Below are positions 37,251 to 47,824 of a stretch of DNA of 64,000 nucleotides, one piece after another. Below the pieces are notes generated by a model. That model searched no databases and was not told the DNA's origin. It saw nothing but the letters and a program-made list of their open reading frames with translations. Where the stretch lies: assembly GCA_041651035.1 (NCBI GenBank), contig JBAZKC010000001.1, positions 62,871 to 126,870 on the forward strand. Reading direction: 5' to 3'. Position 1 is the stretch's first letter; each line of letters opens with the position of its first letter. This stretch comes from Candidatus Omnitrophota bacterium (GTDB lineage Bacteria > Omnitrophota > Gorgyraeia > Gygaellales > Profunditerraquicolaceae). Both the position numbers and the translations under genes were made by a program.

Positions 37251-38933
37251 CTATAGCTTAAATATCAAAACCACTCTTACTCCGTTTTTATCTTGTTTAT
37301 TCTCTATTCTTATTATTCCTTTGTGTAGATCCATTATAGCCTTGACAATAAAAAGCCCCAGCCCTGTCCCCCCTTTTGCGCGTTTTGTGGTAAAAAAGGG
37401 TTCGTATACCTTAGGTAAAATGCCTTCGAGTATCCCGCACCCTGTATCTTCGATCTTAACAATAACTGCTTTTCTACCCGGTTTAAAAACATCTTCCTTG
37501 TTATTACCCGCGCCGATATCAACCCCGGTCAGCTTCTTGGCATAGGCCACTATCTTTAACCGGCCTCCGGCAGGCATGGCATCTATAGCATTCATGAGCA
37601 GATTTACAAATACCTGCTCAATCTTATTCTTATCCAGATTAACAGGCGGCGTGTTCTTATCAAGGTCTTCAATTAATTCGATCTTATTCTGCCCGAGAGA
37701 ATTATTTACCAGCAATACTGCCTGTTCTATAGCTGAATTAAGATTTACGGGCTCAAACTCTACTGTCGATAAGGCGGCAAAATCCAGCAGTCCTTTTATA
37801 ACTCTGTCGGCGCTATGGACCGCGCCTCTCATATAGCTTAAAGTCAAAGAAACATTTTTACTATGGGATTCGACATCACGGGAAAGACAATCGATCCCCT
37901 GGGATATTATTGCTAACGGATTCTTTACTTCATGAGCTACCCCGCTTGCTAACCTTCCCACCGTTTCCATTTTCTCCGCCTGGATAAGCCGGGATTGAGC
38001 CTCTTTTAAACTGTCATACGCCTTTTTAATTTCCGCCTCTGCTTGTTTGCGCTCGGTGATATCGCGGCCTTCGGGGATCAGGAAAATGACTTTTCCAGAT
38101 CCGTCCTTAACCGGTTTGAGCGAAAAATCCACAAAATGCAGGGTCCCGTCTTTGGCAGGATGCGTTGCTTCAAAACGGACAAATCCCCCTCTAGCCACGC
38201 TCTTTACTGCCTGACGAAGTTTATCCTGCAGCTCCGGAGAATGCGTCCACCAGGGAGTTTCCCAGAATGGCTTGCCCAAGACGCTGGATGCCTTAATATC
38301 GTTCAATTCCAAAGCCGACCTATTCACCTCGATCAGGATGCCGTCAATTGTCAATAGTCCGATAAATTGAAAAGATTGATCAAAGATAGCGCGTAATTTT
38401 ATTTCGTCTTGCCGCAATGCCTCTTCTGTAGCCTTAAGCTCAGTAAGGTCCTGGATCGTCTCTATAGCGGCGATCATCCTGCCGGCAGGCCCGTAAATAG
38501 GGGCGGCATCAAATATTATATACCTGCTCTTGCCTCCTAAATTATGATGCCAGCCTTCAGCGCGTAAGCCGTCAGGCACAAGAACAGACTTCGCGTAGAC
38601 CGCGTAAAGTTTATCCAACCCCCTGGTTTTATTATCGATAACTAAGTCCGCCAGGCAGGGACGCCGATCTTTATAAAAAGCCTTCCAATGATCACTGGTA
38701 CCTATTAAGCCTTTTGACTTTATGCCGGTAAGCTCCTCGCATGCCGCATTCCAGGAAACAATTTTATGCCCTAGATCAACAACAAAAGTAGCTACCGCGG
38801 AACCCTGTATTATAGACCCTATGATCCTCTCTTTTTCTAAGCCCTCGCCGGTATCCTTACACCCGTTTTTAAGGCTCCCCACCCGCTGTTTCATCTTTCT
38901 ATCCAGGTTTGTTTTTTTGGGCATTTTCTTCAC
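37251..38933 (-). CDS. PAS-domain sensor histidine kinase (soluble)
   Basis: 560 aa with tandem PAS-like segments. H-box GVAHEVKNPLAIISQG and G-boxes DTGCGI / GGTGLGL. No obvious TM helix. Confidence 0.8.
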   Translation of the reverse strand: MKKMPKKTNLDRKMKQRVGSLKNGCKDTGEGLEKERIIGSIIQGSAVATFVVDLGHKIVSWNAACEELTGIKSKGLIGTSDHWKAFYKDRRPCLADLVIDNKTRGLDKLYAVYAKSVLVPDGLRAEGWHHNLGGKSRYIIFDAAPIYGPAGRMIAAIETIQDLTELKATEEALRQDEIKLRAIFDQSFQFIGLLTIDGILIEVNRSALELNDIKASSVLGKPFWETPWWTHSPELQDKLRQAVKSVARGGFVRFEATHPAKDGTLHFVDFSLKPVKDGSGKVIFLIPEGRDITERKQAEAEIKKAYDSLKEAQSRLIQAEKMETVGRLASGVAHEVKNPLAIISQGIDCLSRDVESHSKNVSLTLSYMRGAVHSADRVIKGLLDFAALSTVEFEPVNLNSAIEQAVLLVNNSLGQNKIELIEDLDKNTPPVNLDKNKIEQVFVNLLMNAIDAMPAGGRLKIVAYAKKLTGVDIGAGNNKEDVFKPGRKAVIVKIEDTGCGILEGILPKVYEPFFTTKRAKGGTGLGLFIVKAIMDLHKGIIRIENKQDKNGVRVVLIFKL

Positions 38934-39364
38934 TCAACCCAGCAGCAACGGCATTTATGGGTTGTGCTTGCGGGAACAGAGCATTCTCCGAAGAAACTTT
39001 GTCCCGTGCCGATAGAAACAGCTACACAGGTCTTATCCATCTGGCCGCAAAAAACATCCCCTGTTTCTCCGGCAGGGCGCCCGTCATAATTAGCGCACTT
39101 AAGGCTCGGCCATTTACTGCGGCAATCTTCCCCTATGCAGATATTCTGCGCTTTTATTTTACCCTGGCTTTGATCTTCCTGGCTGGTATTAACCTTGGCT
39201 TTACTTTCAGCTTTGGTTGTATCCTGGGATGTGGTTGAACTGTTATCTTCTTGCGTATAAGATATCCCCTGCAGTTTCTTACTATCCATATAACCTTCAG
39301 AATGAGCGTAAACGGGGATAAGGATAAATACAGCTATCAGCATGACCCAAATAGAGATCTTCAT
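38930..39364 (-). CDS. Secreted cysteine-rich small protein (9 Cys in the C-terminal 70 aa)
   Basis: 144 aa. Signal peptide, an S/T/Q-rich linker, and a Cys-rich C-terminus ending KCRCCWVE. Its stop overlaps the histidine kinase start. Confidence 0.45.
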   Translation of the reverse strand: MKISIWVMLIAVFILIPVYAHSEGYMDSKKLQGISYTQEDNSSTTSQDTTKAESKAKVNTSQEDQSQGKIKAQNICIGEDCRSKWPSLKCANYDGRPAGETGDVFCGQMDKTCVAVSIGTGQSFFGECSVPASTTHKCRCCWVE

Positions 39365-39380
39365 AAATACTCCTTTCCTT

Positions 39381-40139
39381 TTATTTATTAAAGAGCAGTT
39401 TAAAAGGCAGCCAGGCGATCTCTAAAGCGCCTTTTGCTCCGGCTTTTGCCGTGCCCAATGCGGCATCTACCGTGTCGGTAACATTAGAAACGATCGGCCT
39501 GACAGTCAAATTGACCAACCTGCCGATATCCGTGTTTTGTATTGCTTTATAAATTACCAACCTCATTAACTCATCGCCATCTTTAAGGTCAATAAAAAGC
39601 TGATTCTTCATATTGATGGTATATTTGTGTGTTTGCTTAACGGCGGCGGCATAGTTTGTATAATTCACCTCTTTGATACTCAATATCAGCGTATTAAGAT
39701 ACGGGGATGTTTTATCTTCGGAAGGGGCTTCCTCTTCCTTGATCGGGATCAATTCTTTAATATTTATCCTGCCCTGCTGGTTTTTTACGACATTTAACCG
39801 CTCCAGGTCCAAAGCTACCAGATAAATATTCGGCTTTTTGCTCAACACCATCTCCAAGGGGTCCCAGATAAGGCTAAGCGAAGCTATATAAGCAAGCTCA
39901 TCTTCGTTAAATCCTTCGGGATTATGTATGGTTATCCCTTCTGCCTTAACAAAGGTCAGAAGCGGAGATAATTCCAGTTTCTCTATTGTAACATTTATCC
40001 CTAAATCCCTTTCTATCCTGCGCTCAATTAAATCCTTAGCCTTGATATTTTTTATCATCCAAAAAAGCGCAAAGGATAAAACAGCTATAATCAAGAACAC
40101 TATCCCCAGAAAGGTGATAATTTTTTCTATAATTTTCAT
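39381..40139 (-). CDS. Membrane-anchored hypothetical protein
   Basis: 252 aa with a single N-terminal TM. No recognisable motif. Confidence 0.45.
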   Translation of the reverse strand: MKIIEKIITFLGIVFLIIAVLSFALFWMIKNIKAKDLIERRIERDLGINVTIEKLELSPLLTFVKAEGITIHNPEGFNEDELAYIASLSLIWDPLEMVLSKKPNIYLVALDLERLNVVKNQQGRINIKELIPIKEEEAPSEDKTSPYLNTLILSIKEVNYTNYAAAVKQTHKYTINMKNQLFIDLKDGDELMRLVIYKAIQNTDIGRLVNLTVRPIVSNVTDTVDAALGTAKAGAKGALEIAWLPFKLLFNK

Positions 40140-40157
40140 AACTTCCCTCTTTGCCCC

Positions 40158-41366
40158 TTAAACACAGGCCTCTTGCCCGAACGGCGCTATGACTTTCTCA
40201 AGCATGCCATTCATATGGGCAAGGAACATTCCATAATTCGTAATCGGGACTCCCGCTGCCTGCGCGTAAGCTATCCTGCTCATCATTTCTCTCCTGTTAA
40301 GCATGCATCCTCCGCAGTGGATAACTAAGGCATAGCTGCTTAAGTCGGCAGGAAAATCGTAACCAGATACATACTCAACGATAACCCCGGGGAATCTTGA
40401 TTTTATCCACTCTGGGATAACAACCCTGCCTATATCATCGCCTACAGGATGATGGGTACAGGCTTCGGAAATTAAAACCTTTGCTCCCGGCTTTAATTTA
40501 TCTATGTGAGAAGCCCCCTCCACCAAAACATCCAAATCCCCTTTATATCTGGCGTATAATACGGAAAACGTGGTAAGGGGAATATCCTTAGGAACTGTTT
40601 TTCCTACTTTATCCAGTATCTGCGATTCCGTAATTATAAGCTGCGGATGAGATTTCAGGCTGCCGAGAGTTTTCCCCAACCCTTCTTCTTTTACCATCAT
40701 CACAGAACAGTCATTATCAAGAATATCCCTGATAGCCTGGACCTGCGGAAGCTTAAGGCGGCCCTTGGGGGCTTCCATATCTAACGGCGCTACCATCAGC
40801 ACCAGATCCCCGGGCAACAGCATATCCTTAAGTATGGTTTTCCTCTCGTAATCATCCGGCGAGAGCTCAACTATTTTCTTGCGTAATTCAACGACACCTG
40901 AACCCTTAAGCGCGCTTACGCATACGTAATTTATTTTTTTAGACGACAGGCCCTCTAAAAGGCCAGCATCAACACTGCCTTCATCCGTCTTATTGACCAC
41001 AACTAATAAAGGTATACCCCTGGCCTTGGTCTCTTTTATAAAATTAAGCTCGTAGTCTCCTAAGCACCCCGACCTTTCCACCAGCAGAAGAGCTACATCC
41101 GCCTTATTGAGGATCTTATATGCCTTTTTAACTCTCATATCCCCGACTTTTCCGGAATCGTCAATACCTCCGGTGTCTATAACCACAACAGGTCCTATAT
41201 CGTGTATTTCCATCGCTTTATAGACCGGATCCGTAGTAGTCCCCGGAAGATCTGAAACAATAGCTATATCTTGTCCGGTTATAGCGTTTATCAAAGTAGA
41301 TTTGCCGGTATTCCTCCTGCCGAAAATACCTATATGCATCCTGTTGCTTAAAGGTGTCTTGTCCAT
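40158..41366 (-). CDS. hydF: [FeFe]-hydrogenase maturation GTPase HydF
   Basis: 402 aa. G1 GRRNTGKST, G3 DTGG, and C-terminal cluster motif CTHHP...HCGGC. Confidence 0.85.
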   Translation of the reverse strand: MDKTPLSNRMHIGIFGRRNTGKSTLINAITGQDIAIVSDLPGTTTDPVYKAMEIHDIGPVVVIDTGGIDDSGKVGDMRVKKAYKILNKADVALLLVERSGCLGDYELNFIKETKARGIPLLVVVNKTDEGSVDAGLLEGLSSKKINYVCVSALKGSGVVELRKKIVELSPDDYERKTILKDMLLPGDLVLMVAPLDMEAPKGRLKLPQVQAIRDILDNDCSVMMVKEEGLGKTLGSLKSHPQLIITESQILDKVGKTVPKDIPLTTFSVLYARYKGDLDVLVEGASHIDKLKPGAKVLISEACTHHPVGDDIGRVVIPEWIKSRFPGVIVEYVSGYDFPADLSSYALVIHCGGCMLNRREMMSRIAYAQAAGVPITNYGMFLAHMNGMLEKVIAPFGQEACV

Positions 41367-41377
41367 TTCTCTCCTCC

Positions 41378-42463
41378 TTAATTTGACAAACGATGTTTTT
41401 TAATTGAATGGCCTATGGAATAATCTATAAAACGCCCGGCCAATCCCGCTTTTTCGCTCATACATAAAACGCATTTTTCCGACGTTTCGCTTATGCAGGC
41501 TTTACCAGGGTATATTTCATACAGGCTTTTATAGCGCGCGGGAGTAAAATTAGGCATAAGGACGTTGGCTCCGGATTTAAGCCCTTCTATCCTGTAATCC
41601 GCGCCCGCGCTGCCTAATGCCGTCGTTGCCGGCATATGCGCGTCTTTAGTAATTATGCGCGTTAAGGCGAGCACCTTTAGTGTTAGCTGCACATCCCCGG
41701 CTGCCTCATTTGCAAAACCCGTGCAAGGATGCGGTATAAACGGCCCTATCCCGATCATATCAAAATTATTTTTCTGCAAGAATAGAATATCCCTGGCTAG
41801 AGAATCAATGGTCTGTCCCCTCAAACCGACAAGTATGCCTGAACCGACCTGATATCCGAGAGAGAAAAGATTATCCAGGCATTTAAGGCGAGTCGCTAAC
41901 TGCCTGCCGGAATGCGCCTGAGAATAGATATCGCAATCAGTAGTTTCTATTTTTAGAAGATACCTGTCTGCCCCGGCCTCTCGCCATAATTTGTATTCAT
42001 ATAAAGATTTCTCACCTACGGAAAGAGTAACCGCCAGGTCAAAGCGCGCCTTTATCTCTTTTATAAGCCCTGCCAGCCAGATAGGCTCCAGTTCATCATC
42101 CTCCCCCGACTGTAAAACTACCGTCTTGACATTCATCGAGCTTAAGCAGGCGACAGCGCTGAGTATTTCATCAGCAGGCATTCTGTAACGGCCGGCTTTA
42201 GCGTTTTGATTATTTAAGCCGCAATAAAAACAACTGTTACCGCAATAATTGGAAAACTCAACTATACCTCTTAAAAAAATGCCTCTGCCTACAAATTTTT
42301 CCCTTACTTTATCGGCAAACAAAAACAGGCATTCTATATCATCTTTATCCTGTAGCAGGAGAAAGTGTTTTATCTCCTCAAGACTATCCTGCGGATCACT
42401 GTAAATTTTATCTAAGATACCTTCTAATGTTGCGGCTGAGCTAAACATAAGAATCCCTAGCAC
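41378..42463 (-). CDS. hydE: [FeFe]-hydrogenase maturation radical-SAM protein HydE
   Basis: 361 aa. CGNSCFYC radical-SAM motif and a C-terminal CX7CX2C. Confidence 0.85.
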   Translation of the reverse strand: MLGILMFSSAATLEGILDKIYSDPQDSLEEIKHFLLLQDKDDIECLFLFADKVREKFVGRGIFLRGIVEFSNYCGNSCFYCGLNNQNAKAGRYRMPADEILSAVACLSSMNVKTVVLQSGEDDELEPIWLAGLIKEIKARFDLAVTLSVGEKSLYEYKLWREAGADRYLLKIETTDCDIYSQAHSGRQLATRLKCLDNLFSLGYQVGSGILVGLRGQTIDSLARDILFLQKNNFDMIGIGPFIPHPCTGFANEAAGDVQLTLKVLALTRIITKDAHMPATTALGSAGADYRIEGLKSGANVLMPNFTPARYKSLYEIYPGKACISETSEKCVLCMSEKAGLAGRFIDYSIGHSIKKHRLSN

Positions 42464-43814
42464 CTTTATCTATCGCCTCAAAAAATACGCTTAATTCAGA
42501 CTGCGCGACAGCGCCTAAGCTGGCCCGCTCTTTTATTATCAGATCATAACCGGCTTTCCTGACGCCGGCTGAAGCAAAATCGTCAAGATATTCTTTTAAG
42601 GTAACCAGGGCGTTAAAACTGCATTTATGTTTTATCAAGCCCGGCTTTGCCAAATTCATAAAGGCTTCTCCGGTGCGCTCTTTTCTGTAACAGGCCGCGC
42701 AGAAACTGGGGATATATCCCTGCCCGATCAAAGCTCCAATTACTTCTTCAAGGCTGCGCTGGTCGCCGATACAGAATTGGACATTGGTATCGGCGTTATT
42801 ATCAGAAGAAGAATACCCGCCGGGAGATGTCCTTGACTCAGCGCTTATCTGCGATATACCGAAACCGCAAAGTTCATCCCGTAGATCCGCTGCCTCCCGC
42901 GTAGAAAGTATCATTCCTGTATACGGCACTGCCAGGCGCAGGACCGCTACTACCTTTCTAAATTCGTCATCTGATACCGGATGCGGAACCTTAAAACCCG
43001 TCCCTCCGGCAGGTTCAATCCTGGGTACGGAAATAGTATGGGGCCCGACCCCGAAGCGCCCCTCAAGATGCTCAACATGAGAAAGCAATCCCAGCGTCTC
43101 AAATTTATAATCATACAGGCCGTAAAGAACACCCATACCGATATCGTCTATTCCGGCCTCGTAGGCGCGGTCGATAGCATCTATGCGGTCATCCGGATCG
43201 CTCTTAGGCCCAGCCGGATGCATCAGGCGGTATGTCGGCTCATGGTATGTCTCCTGGAATAACTGATAAGTGCCGATACCGGAGTTTTTAAGTTTTCTAT
43301 ATTCATCTACCTTAAGCGGAGCGCAATTGACATTTACGCGCTTTATCGTATGGGCTCCAACATGAGTATCATAGATAACTCCCACTGCCTGGGTATAATA
43401 ATCTACGTCGCCAGCTTCTTCTCCTCCAAGTATAAGCATACGTTTATGGCCGCGCTTAAGCAGCCACTGTGTCTGCTGGCGTATTTCATCCATACTGAGC
43501 CGGCGCCTTTTTGTTACCGGGTTATCCGAGCGGAAAGCGCAATACAGGCAGCCGTTTACGCAAAAACTGCTGACATAAAGCGGGGCAAAAAGCACCACCC
43601 TTCTTCCGTATATGGCGTCTTTAACAAAATTTGCCGCGGCAAATATCTTTTGGATATATTCCGGATCCGTAACCATAAGCAAGGCGGCGCCTTCACTTAA
43701 AGTCAAACGGTTAAGCTTTCTGGCCTTATCCAGGATCCTATCCAGCAGGCGGCTATCAAATTTTGCCGCATCACTTAATAAATTATTTATTTTCTCTTGG
43801 TCTATATAAATCAT
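42441..43814 (-). CDS. hydG: [FeFe]-hydrogenase maturation radical-SAM tyrosine lyase HydG
   Basis: 457 aa. CVNGCLYC and a C-terminal CAACX22C motif. Confidence 0.85.
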   Translation of the reverse strand: MIYIDQEKINNLLSDAAKFDSRLLDRILDKARKLNRLTLSEGAALLMVTDPEYIQKIFAAANFVKDAIYGRRVVLFAPLYVSSFCVNGCLYCAFRSDNPVTKRRRLSMDEIRQQTQWLLKRGHKRMLILGGEEAGDVDYYTQAVGVIYDTHVGAHTIKRVNVNCAPLKVDEYRKLKNSGIGTYQLFQETYHEPTYRLMHPAGPKSDPDDRIDAIDRAYEAGIDDIGMGVLYGLYDYKFETLGLLSHVEHLEGRFGVGPHTISVPRIEPAGGTGFKVPHPVSDDEFRKVVAVLRLAVPYTGMILSTREAADLRDELCGFGISQISAESRTSPGGYSSSDNNADTNVQFCIGDQRSLEEVIGALIGQGYIPSFCAACYRKERTGEAFMNLAKPGLIKHKCSFNALVTLKEYLDDFASAGVRKAGYDLIIKERASLGAVAQSELSVFFEAIDKGARDSYV

Positions 43815-43838
43815 TTTATAACCAGCTTCTGATCTTAT

Positions 43839-44090
43839 TTATTCGGATTTACTTAAACCCGATTTTACTGAAACTCCGGCAATTTTACCGAGCTTACCGG
43901 TTAATGAGCCCAATTCATCAGTAGTAGTATCCACGATCAAAACAATAACACTTAACTCTTTCTTAACATGCGGGATGCCCATACGTCCGATAATTAATCC
44001 GGAAAATTCGGTAAGGATATTGTTTATGAGCGGTGCCGCTTTCTTACGATTATGAATAATAATTCCTACGAAACCTAAACGCTTTTCCAT
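43839..44090 (-). CDS. TM1266-like small ACT-fold protein (putative iron-only hydrogenase system regulator)
   Basis: 83 aa. GFVGIIIHNR...RMGIP...VIVLIVD...LTGKLGKIAGVSVK pattern. Sits between hydA and hydG, as is typical for this family. Confidence 0.6.
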   Translation of the reverse strand: MEKRLGFVGIIIHNRKKAAPLINNILTEFSGLIIGRMGIPHVKKELSVIVLIVDTTTDELGSLTGKLGKIAGVSVKSGLSKSE

Positions 44091-44139
44091 ATTACCTCCC
44101 GATGCCCCGCGCTAATAAGCACCTTGCCTAAATACGTAC

Positions 44140-44190
44140 ACAAAAAATTCCAACCCGCTGTTGAATAAATCCTAGAGAAAGGTTGGAATT
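44140..44190 (-). terminator. Terminator downstream of hydA (10-bp perfect stem AATTCCAACC/GGTTGGAATT, 25-nt loop, then T6)
   Basis: Hairpin followed by TTTTTTG on the minus strand. Separates hydCBA from the maturase genes. Confidence 0.5.
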
Positions 44191-44306
44191 CATTTCTTAC
44201 CTCCCTTAGGCTTAGATCTTTTAATCCTTACCGCAGGATGCTAAATTATATTACCCACCACTAAAGTATCGACAGTCCGCTAAAGTCCAGCGGCGAGCAT
44301 TTGCAA

Positions 44307-46058
44307 TTATTTGGCGTAAATCGGCCTGGCCTTATAATGCGCATGCAGAAGTTTTTCCGACTTCTCACCCAAAGGCTTGCCTAAAAATTCCTTATACAAT
44401 CTTTTTACATACGGATTCTGATGGCTGCAGCGAATCTGTTTCTGGTCATCATCCTGATACAGTGCCTGCGCCCTTTTAATTCTCAACTCATCTGTAACCA
44501 TATAAGGCTGGCCGCCGCCTCCAACGCAGCCGCCGGGGCAAGCCATAACTTCAATAAAATGATACGGCATCTCCTTACCGCTGCTTTTGGCTTCTCTAAC
44601 CTTATTTAAAATATACTCCACATTGCCTAATCCATGGGCAATGGCAATCTTGAGTTTTTTCCCTTTAATTCCAATCTCAGTCTCTTTAACCCCTTTTAAG
44701 CCGCGCACATTCTCAAATTCTACGTTCTTTAATTCTTCCCCGGTAACAAAATAATGCGCCGTCCTTAATGCCGCCTCCATTACGCCTCCGGTAGAACCAA
44801 AAATTACTCCTGCTCCGGCATATTCTCCTAAGATACTATCGCATTCCTCATCGGGAAGACTATTAAAATCTATACCCGCCTGTTTAATCATACGCACCAA
44901 CTCCCTGGTACAAAGAACGGTATCAATGTCCTGATAACCGGAAGCAAACATTTCGTCATTGCGGGTAATCTCATACTTCTTAGCGGTGCAGGGCATGATT
45001 GAAACCATAAAAATCTTAGCAGGGTCAATCTTATTCTTCTGGGCATAGTAAGTCTTAGACAAAACTCCCAATATTTCATGCGGAGATTTACAGGAAGAAA
45101 AATGTTCAATCATATCCGGATAGAATTTTTCCATAAAATCCACCCAGGAAGGACAACACGTAGTAATTAAGGGAAGCGGCCTGTTTCCATGTAAGAGCCT
45201 TTCTTCAAATTCACTGGCCTCTTCCATAATCGTAACATCCGCAGCAAATGAAGTATCAAAAACCGCGTGGAACCCTAAACGCCTTAATAAGGCATAAAGT
45301 TTTTTAGTAAAATTTTTGCCCACATAACCAAAGGCTTCGCCTATTGAAACCCTGACCGCCGGGGCAATCTGCACCACGCAATATTTATCCGGGTCCTGCA
45401 ATGCCTTCCAGGCCTGGGCAGTATGATCATGCTCGACAAAAGCCCCGGTAGGACAATGCGCTGAACACTGGCCGCAACGCACGCAGGGAGAATCCGCCAG
45501 CTGTATATCCCCGGCAGGAGAAATGCGGGTTTTCATCCCTCTTTCCAGAAATGACAACGCCCATACATCCTGCGCCTCCTGGCAAACATGCACGCACCGT
45601 CCGCAGAGAATACATTTTTTCGGGTCCAAATCAACAGCCTTTGTAGACCTATCTATCGGCAGATCCCTTAAAAACTGCGGAAATGATTCTTCTTTAATTC
45701 CGAAATCTGCGGTTAACTTCTGCAGTTCGCATTCGTTATTTCTGGCGCATTTAAGGCAATCATTAGGATGATTTGACAGGATTAGTTCAATCACCGTCCT
45801 TCTGATCTCGACAATCTCCGGGTCATGCGTTGTAATATCCATACCTTCTTCAAGCGGAGTACAACAGGAACGCAACATCTTATGCGAACCCTTATTTTTA
45901 ACAATGCAAATTCCGCAGGCTGCCGAAGCAGGCAAATCAGGATGCTTACAAAGAGTAGGGATTTTTATCTGCACTCTTTTAGCTGCTTCTAAAATGGTAG
46001 TTCCGGCTTCTACCCTTAATAAAATACCATTGATTTTTGCTTTCACTATTTTTGTCAT
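44307..46058 (-). CDS. hydA: [FeFe] hydrogenase catalytic subunit HydA (bifurcating-type, with N-terminal 2Fe-2S and 4Fe-4S domains)
   Basis: 583 aa. H-cluster motifs L1 TTCCPSW (DNA checked), L2 MPCTAKK, L3 EVMACPGGCVGG. N-terminal ferredoxin-like Cys clusters. Confidence 0.9.
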   Translation of the reverse strand: MTKIVKAKINGILLRVEAGTTILEAAKRVQIKIPTLCKHPDLPASAACGICIVKNKGSHKMLRSCCTPLEEGMDITTHDPEIVEIRRTVIELILSNHPNDCLKCARNNECELQKLTADFGIKEESFPQFLRDLPIDRSTKAVDLDPKKCILCGRCVHVCQEAQDVWALSFLERGMKTRISPAGDIQLADSPCVRCGQCSAHCPTGAFVEHDHTAQAWKALQDPDKYCVVQIAPAVRVSIGEAFGYVGKNFTKKLYALLRRLGFHAVFDTSFAADVTIMEEASEFEERLLHGNRPLPLITTCCPSWVDFMEKFYPDMIEHFSSCKSPHEILGVLSKTYYAQKNKIDPAKIFMVSIMPCTAKKYEITRNDEMFASGYQDIDTVLCTRELVRMIKQAGIDFNSLPDEECDSILGEYAGAGVIFGSTGGVMEAALRTAHYFVTGEELKNVEFENVRGLKGVKETEIGIKGKKLKIAIAHGLGNVEYILNKVREAKSSGKEMPYHFIEVMACPGGCVGGGGQPYMVTDELRIKRAQALYQDDDQKQIRCSHQNPYVKRLYKEFLGKPLGEKSEKLLHAHYKARPIYAK

Positions 46059-46060
46059 AT

Positions 46061-47803
46061 TTATTTTTTAAGAATTGCTTTAAATTTACAGACATCAAAA
46101 CAACGTCCGCACTTTATACATTTCTCCGAAACAATACTATAACCTGATTCCTTGTCCCCGCTTATCGCCTGGACCGGGCAGTTAATCATACACAATCCGC
46201 AGCGCTTACATTTATCTGCCATTATATTATAAGTCACTAGACTGCTGCATTTGCCCGCCGGGCATCTCTTATTTAAAATATGCTCATTATACTCAGGTTC
46301 AAAGTATTTTAAAGTAGAAAGTACCGGATTTGAAGCAGTCTGGCCCAACCCGCACAAAGATGCTTTCTGCATAGCCTGGGATATTCTCCTTAATTGCCCC
46401 AAATCCTCAGGCCCACCTCTTCCTTCAGAAATCTTTGTTAGATAATTAAGCATCTGAAAACCGCCGATACGGCAAGGCGCGCATTTCCCGCAGGATTCTT
46501 CCACGCAAAAGCCCAGATAAAATTTAGGGATATCCACCATACAATCATCGTCATCCATAACAATCATCCCGCCTGAGCCCATGATCGAACCTAACTTTTG
46601 CAGATTTTCATAATCAACCGGGGTGTCTAAAAGCGATTCGGGGATTACTCCTCCGCTTGGACCCCCAGTCTGTACTGCCTTTATCGGCTTGCCGGATAAT
46701 GTCCCGCCGCAGATATCCATTACAATTTCTCTCAAAGTCGCGCCCATGGCGATCTCAACTAATCCTGAATTTTTAACTTTTCCGGTTACCGCAAAAACCT
46801 TTGTTCCCTTTGAAGTTTGCGTGCCAATCTGGGCAAACCACTTGCCACCTTTTGAAACAATCACCGGTATATTGGCTAAGGTCTCAACATTATTAATGAC
46901 CGTGGGTTTTCCCCATAATCCTTTTACCGAAGGATACGGCGGACGCGGGTGGGGGGTTCCTCTCCTACCCTCAATAGAAGAGATTAACGCGGTTTCTTCT
47001 CCGCAAACAAAAGCCCCGGCACCTAACCTTATATCTAAATCTAAATTAAAAGAACTACCTAAAATATTCTTTCCCAATAATCCATAATCATAGGCCTGCT
47101 TGATTGCTTTATTAATCCTTTCAACTGCCAGAGGGTATTCCGCGCGGATATAGAAATATCCCTTGGAAGCCCCGATAGCAAAAGCAGCGATGATTAAACC
47201 TTCAATAACAGAATGCGGGTCACCCTCTAAAACGCTTCTGTCCATATAAGCGCCGGGGTCGCCTTCATCGGCGTTACAGATGACAAATTTATCGGTAGAG
47301 GCGACCTCGCGGGCAAAATTCCATTTCATCCAGGTTGGATATCCCGCGCCTCCTCTTCCCCGGATACCGCTAACCTTTATTTCTTCAATTAATTTTTGCT
47401 GGCCCAAATCACCAAGGACTTTCTTTAAAGCCAAATATCCGCCGCAGGCAATATATTCTTCAATACTCTCCGGGTCAATATTACCGCAATTACGCAAAAC
47501 AATCCTGAGCTGCTTGGCCTTGGACCTAAAAACCAGATCCTCAATAACTTTACCCTGGCCTAAAGTAGTATCAATTATTCTTTTAATATCCGCGTCCTGG
47601 ACATTAACATAGGTGATCTTATCCGGCAGGATCTTAATCACTAATCCCTTGTCATATACGCCGATATCAGCTACCCTGACTACTTGAATCTGCGAATGCA
47701 GATTGCCTTCCCGAAGATAATCCAATAGGCGGGTGTAAAACTCGCGCGTCTTATCCTGCCTCTTTAAATCCGTATCTTTTACTAAAATAACCTTAGTATA
47801 CAT
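46061..47803 (-). CDS. hydB: NuoF-like flavoprotein subunit HydB (NADH/FMN binding, C-terminal 2x[4Fe-4S])
   Basis: 580 aa. GRGGAGYPT, a 4Fe-4S CxxCxxC...C, and a C-terminal ferredoxin domain. Confidence 0.85.
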   Translation of the reverse strand: MYTKVILVKDTDLKRQDKTREFYTRLLDYLREGNLHSQIQVVRVADIGVYDKGLVIKILPDKITYVNVQDADIKRIIDTTLGQGKVIEDLVFRSKAKQLRIVLRNCGNIDPESIEEYIACGGYLALKKVLGDLGQQKLIEEIKVSGIRGRGGAGYPTWMKWNFAREVASTDKFVICNADEGDPGAYMDRSVLEGDPHSVIEGLIIAAFAIGASKGYFYIRAEYPLAVERINKAIKQAYDYGLLGKNILGSSFNLDLDIRLGAGAFVCGEETALISSIEGRRGTPHPRPPYPSVKGLWGKPTVINNVETLANIPVIVSKGGKWFAQIGTQTSKGTKVFAVTGKVKNSGLVEIAMGATLREIVMDICGGTLSGKPIKAVQTGGPSGGVIPESLLDTPVDYENLQKLGSIMGSGGMIVMDDDDCMVDIPKFYLGFCVEESCGKCAPCRIGGFQMLNYLTKISEGRGGPEDLGQLRRISQAMQKASLCGLGQTASNPVLSTLKYFEPEYNEHILNKRCPAGKCSSLVTYNIMADKCKRCGLCMINCPVQAISGDKESGYSIVSEKCIKCGRCFDVCKFKAILKK

Positions 47804-47824
47804 AAATTAGTTTTTTCCTCTTCT

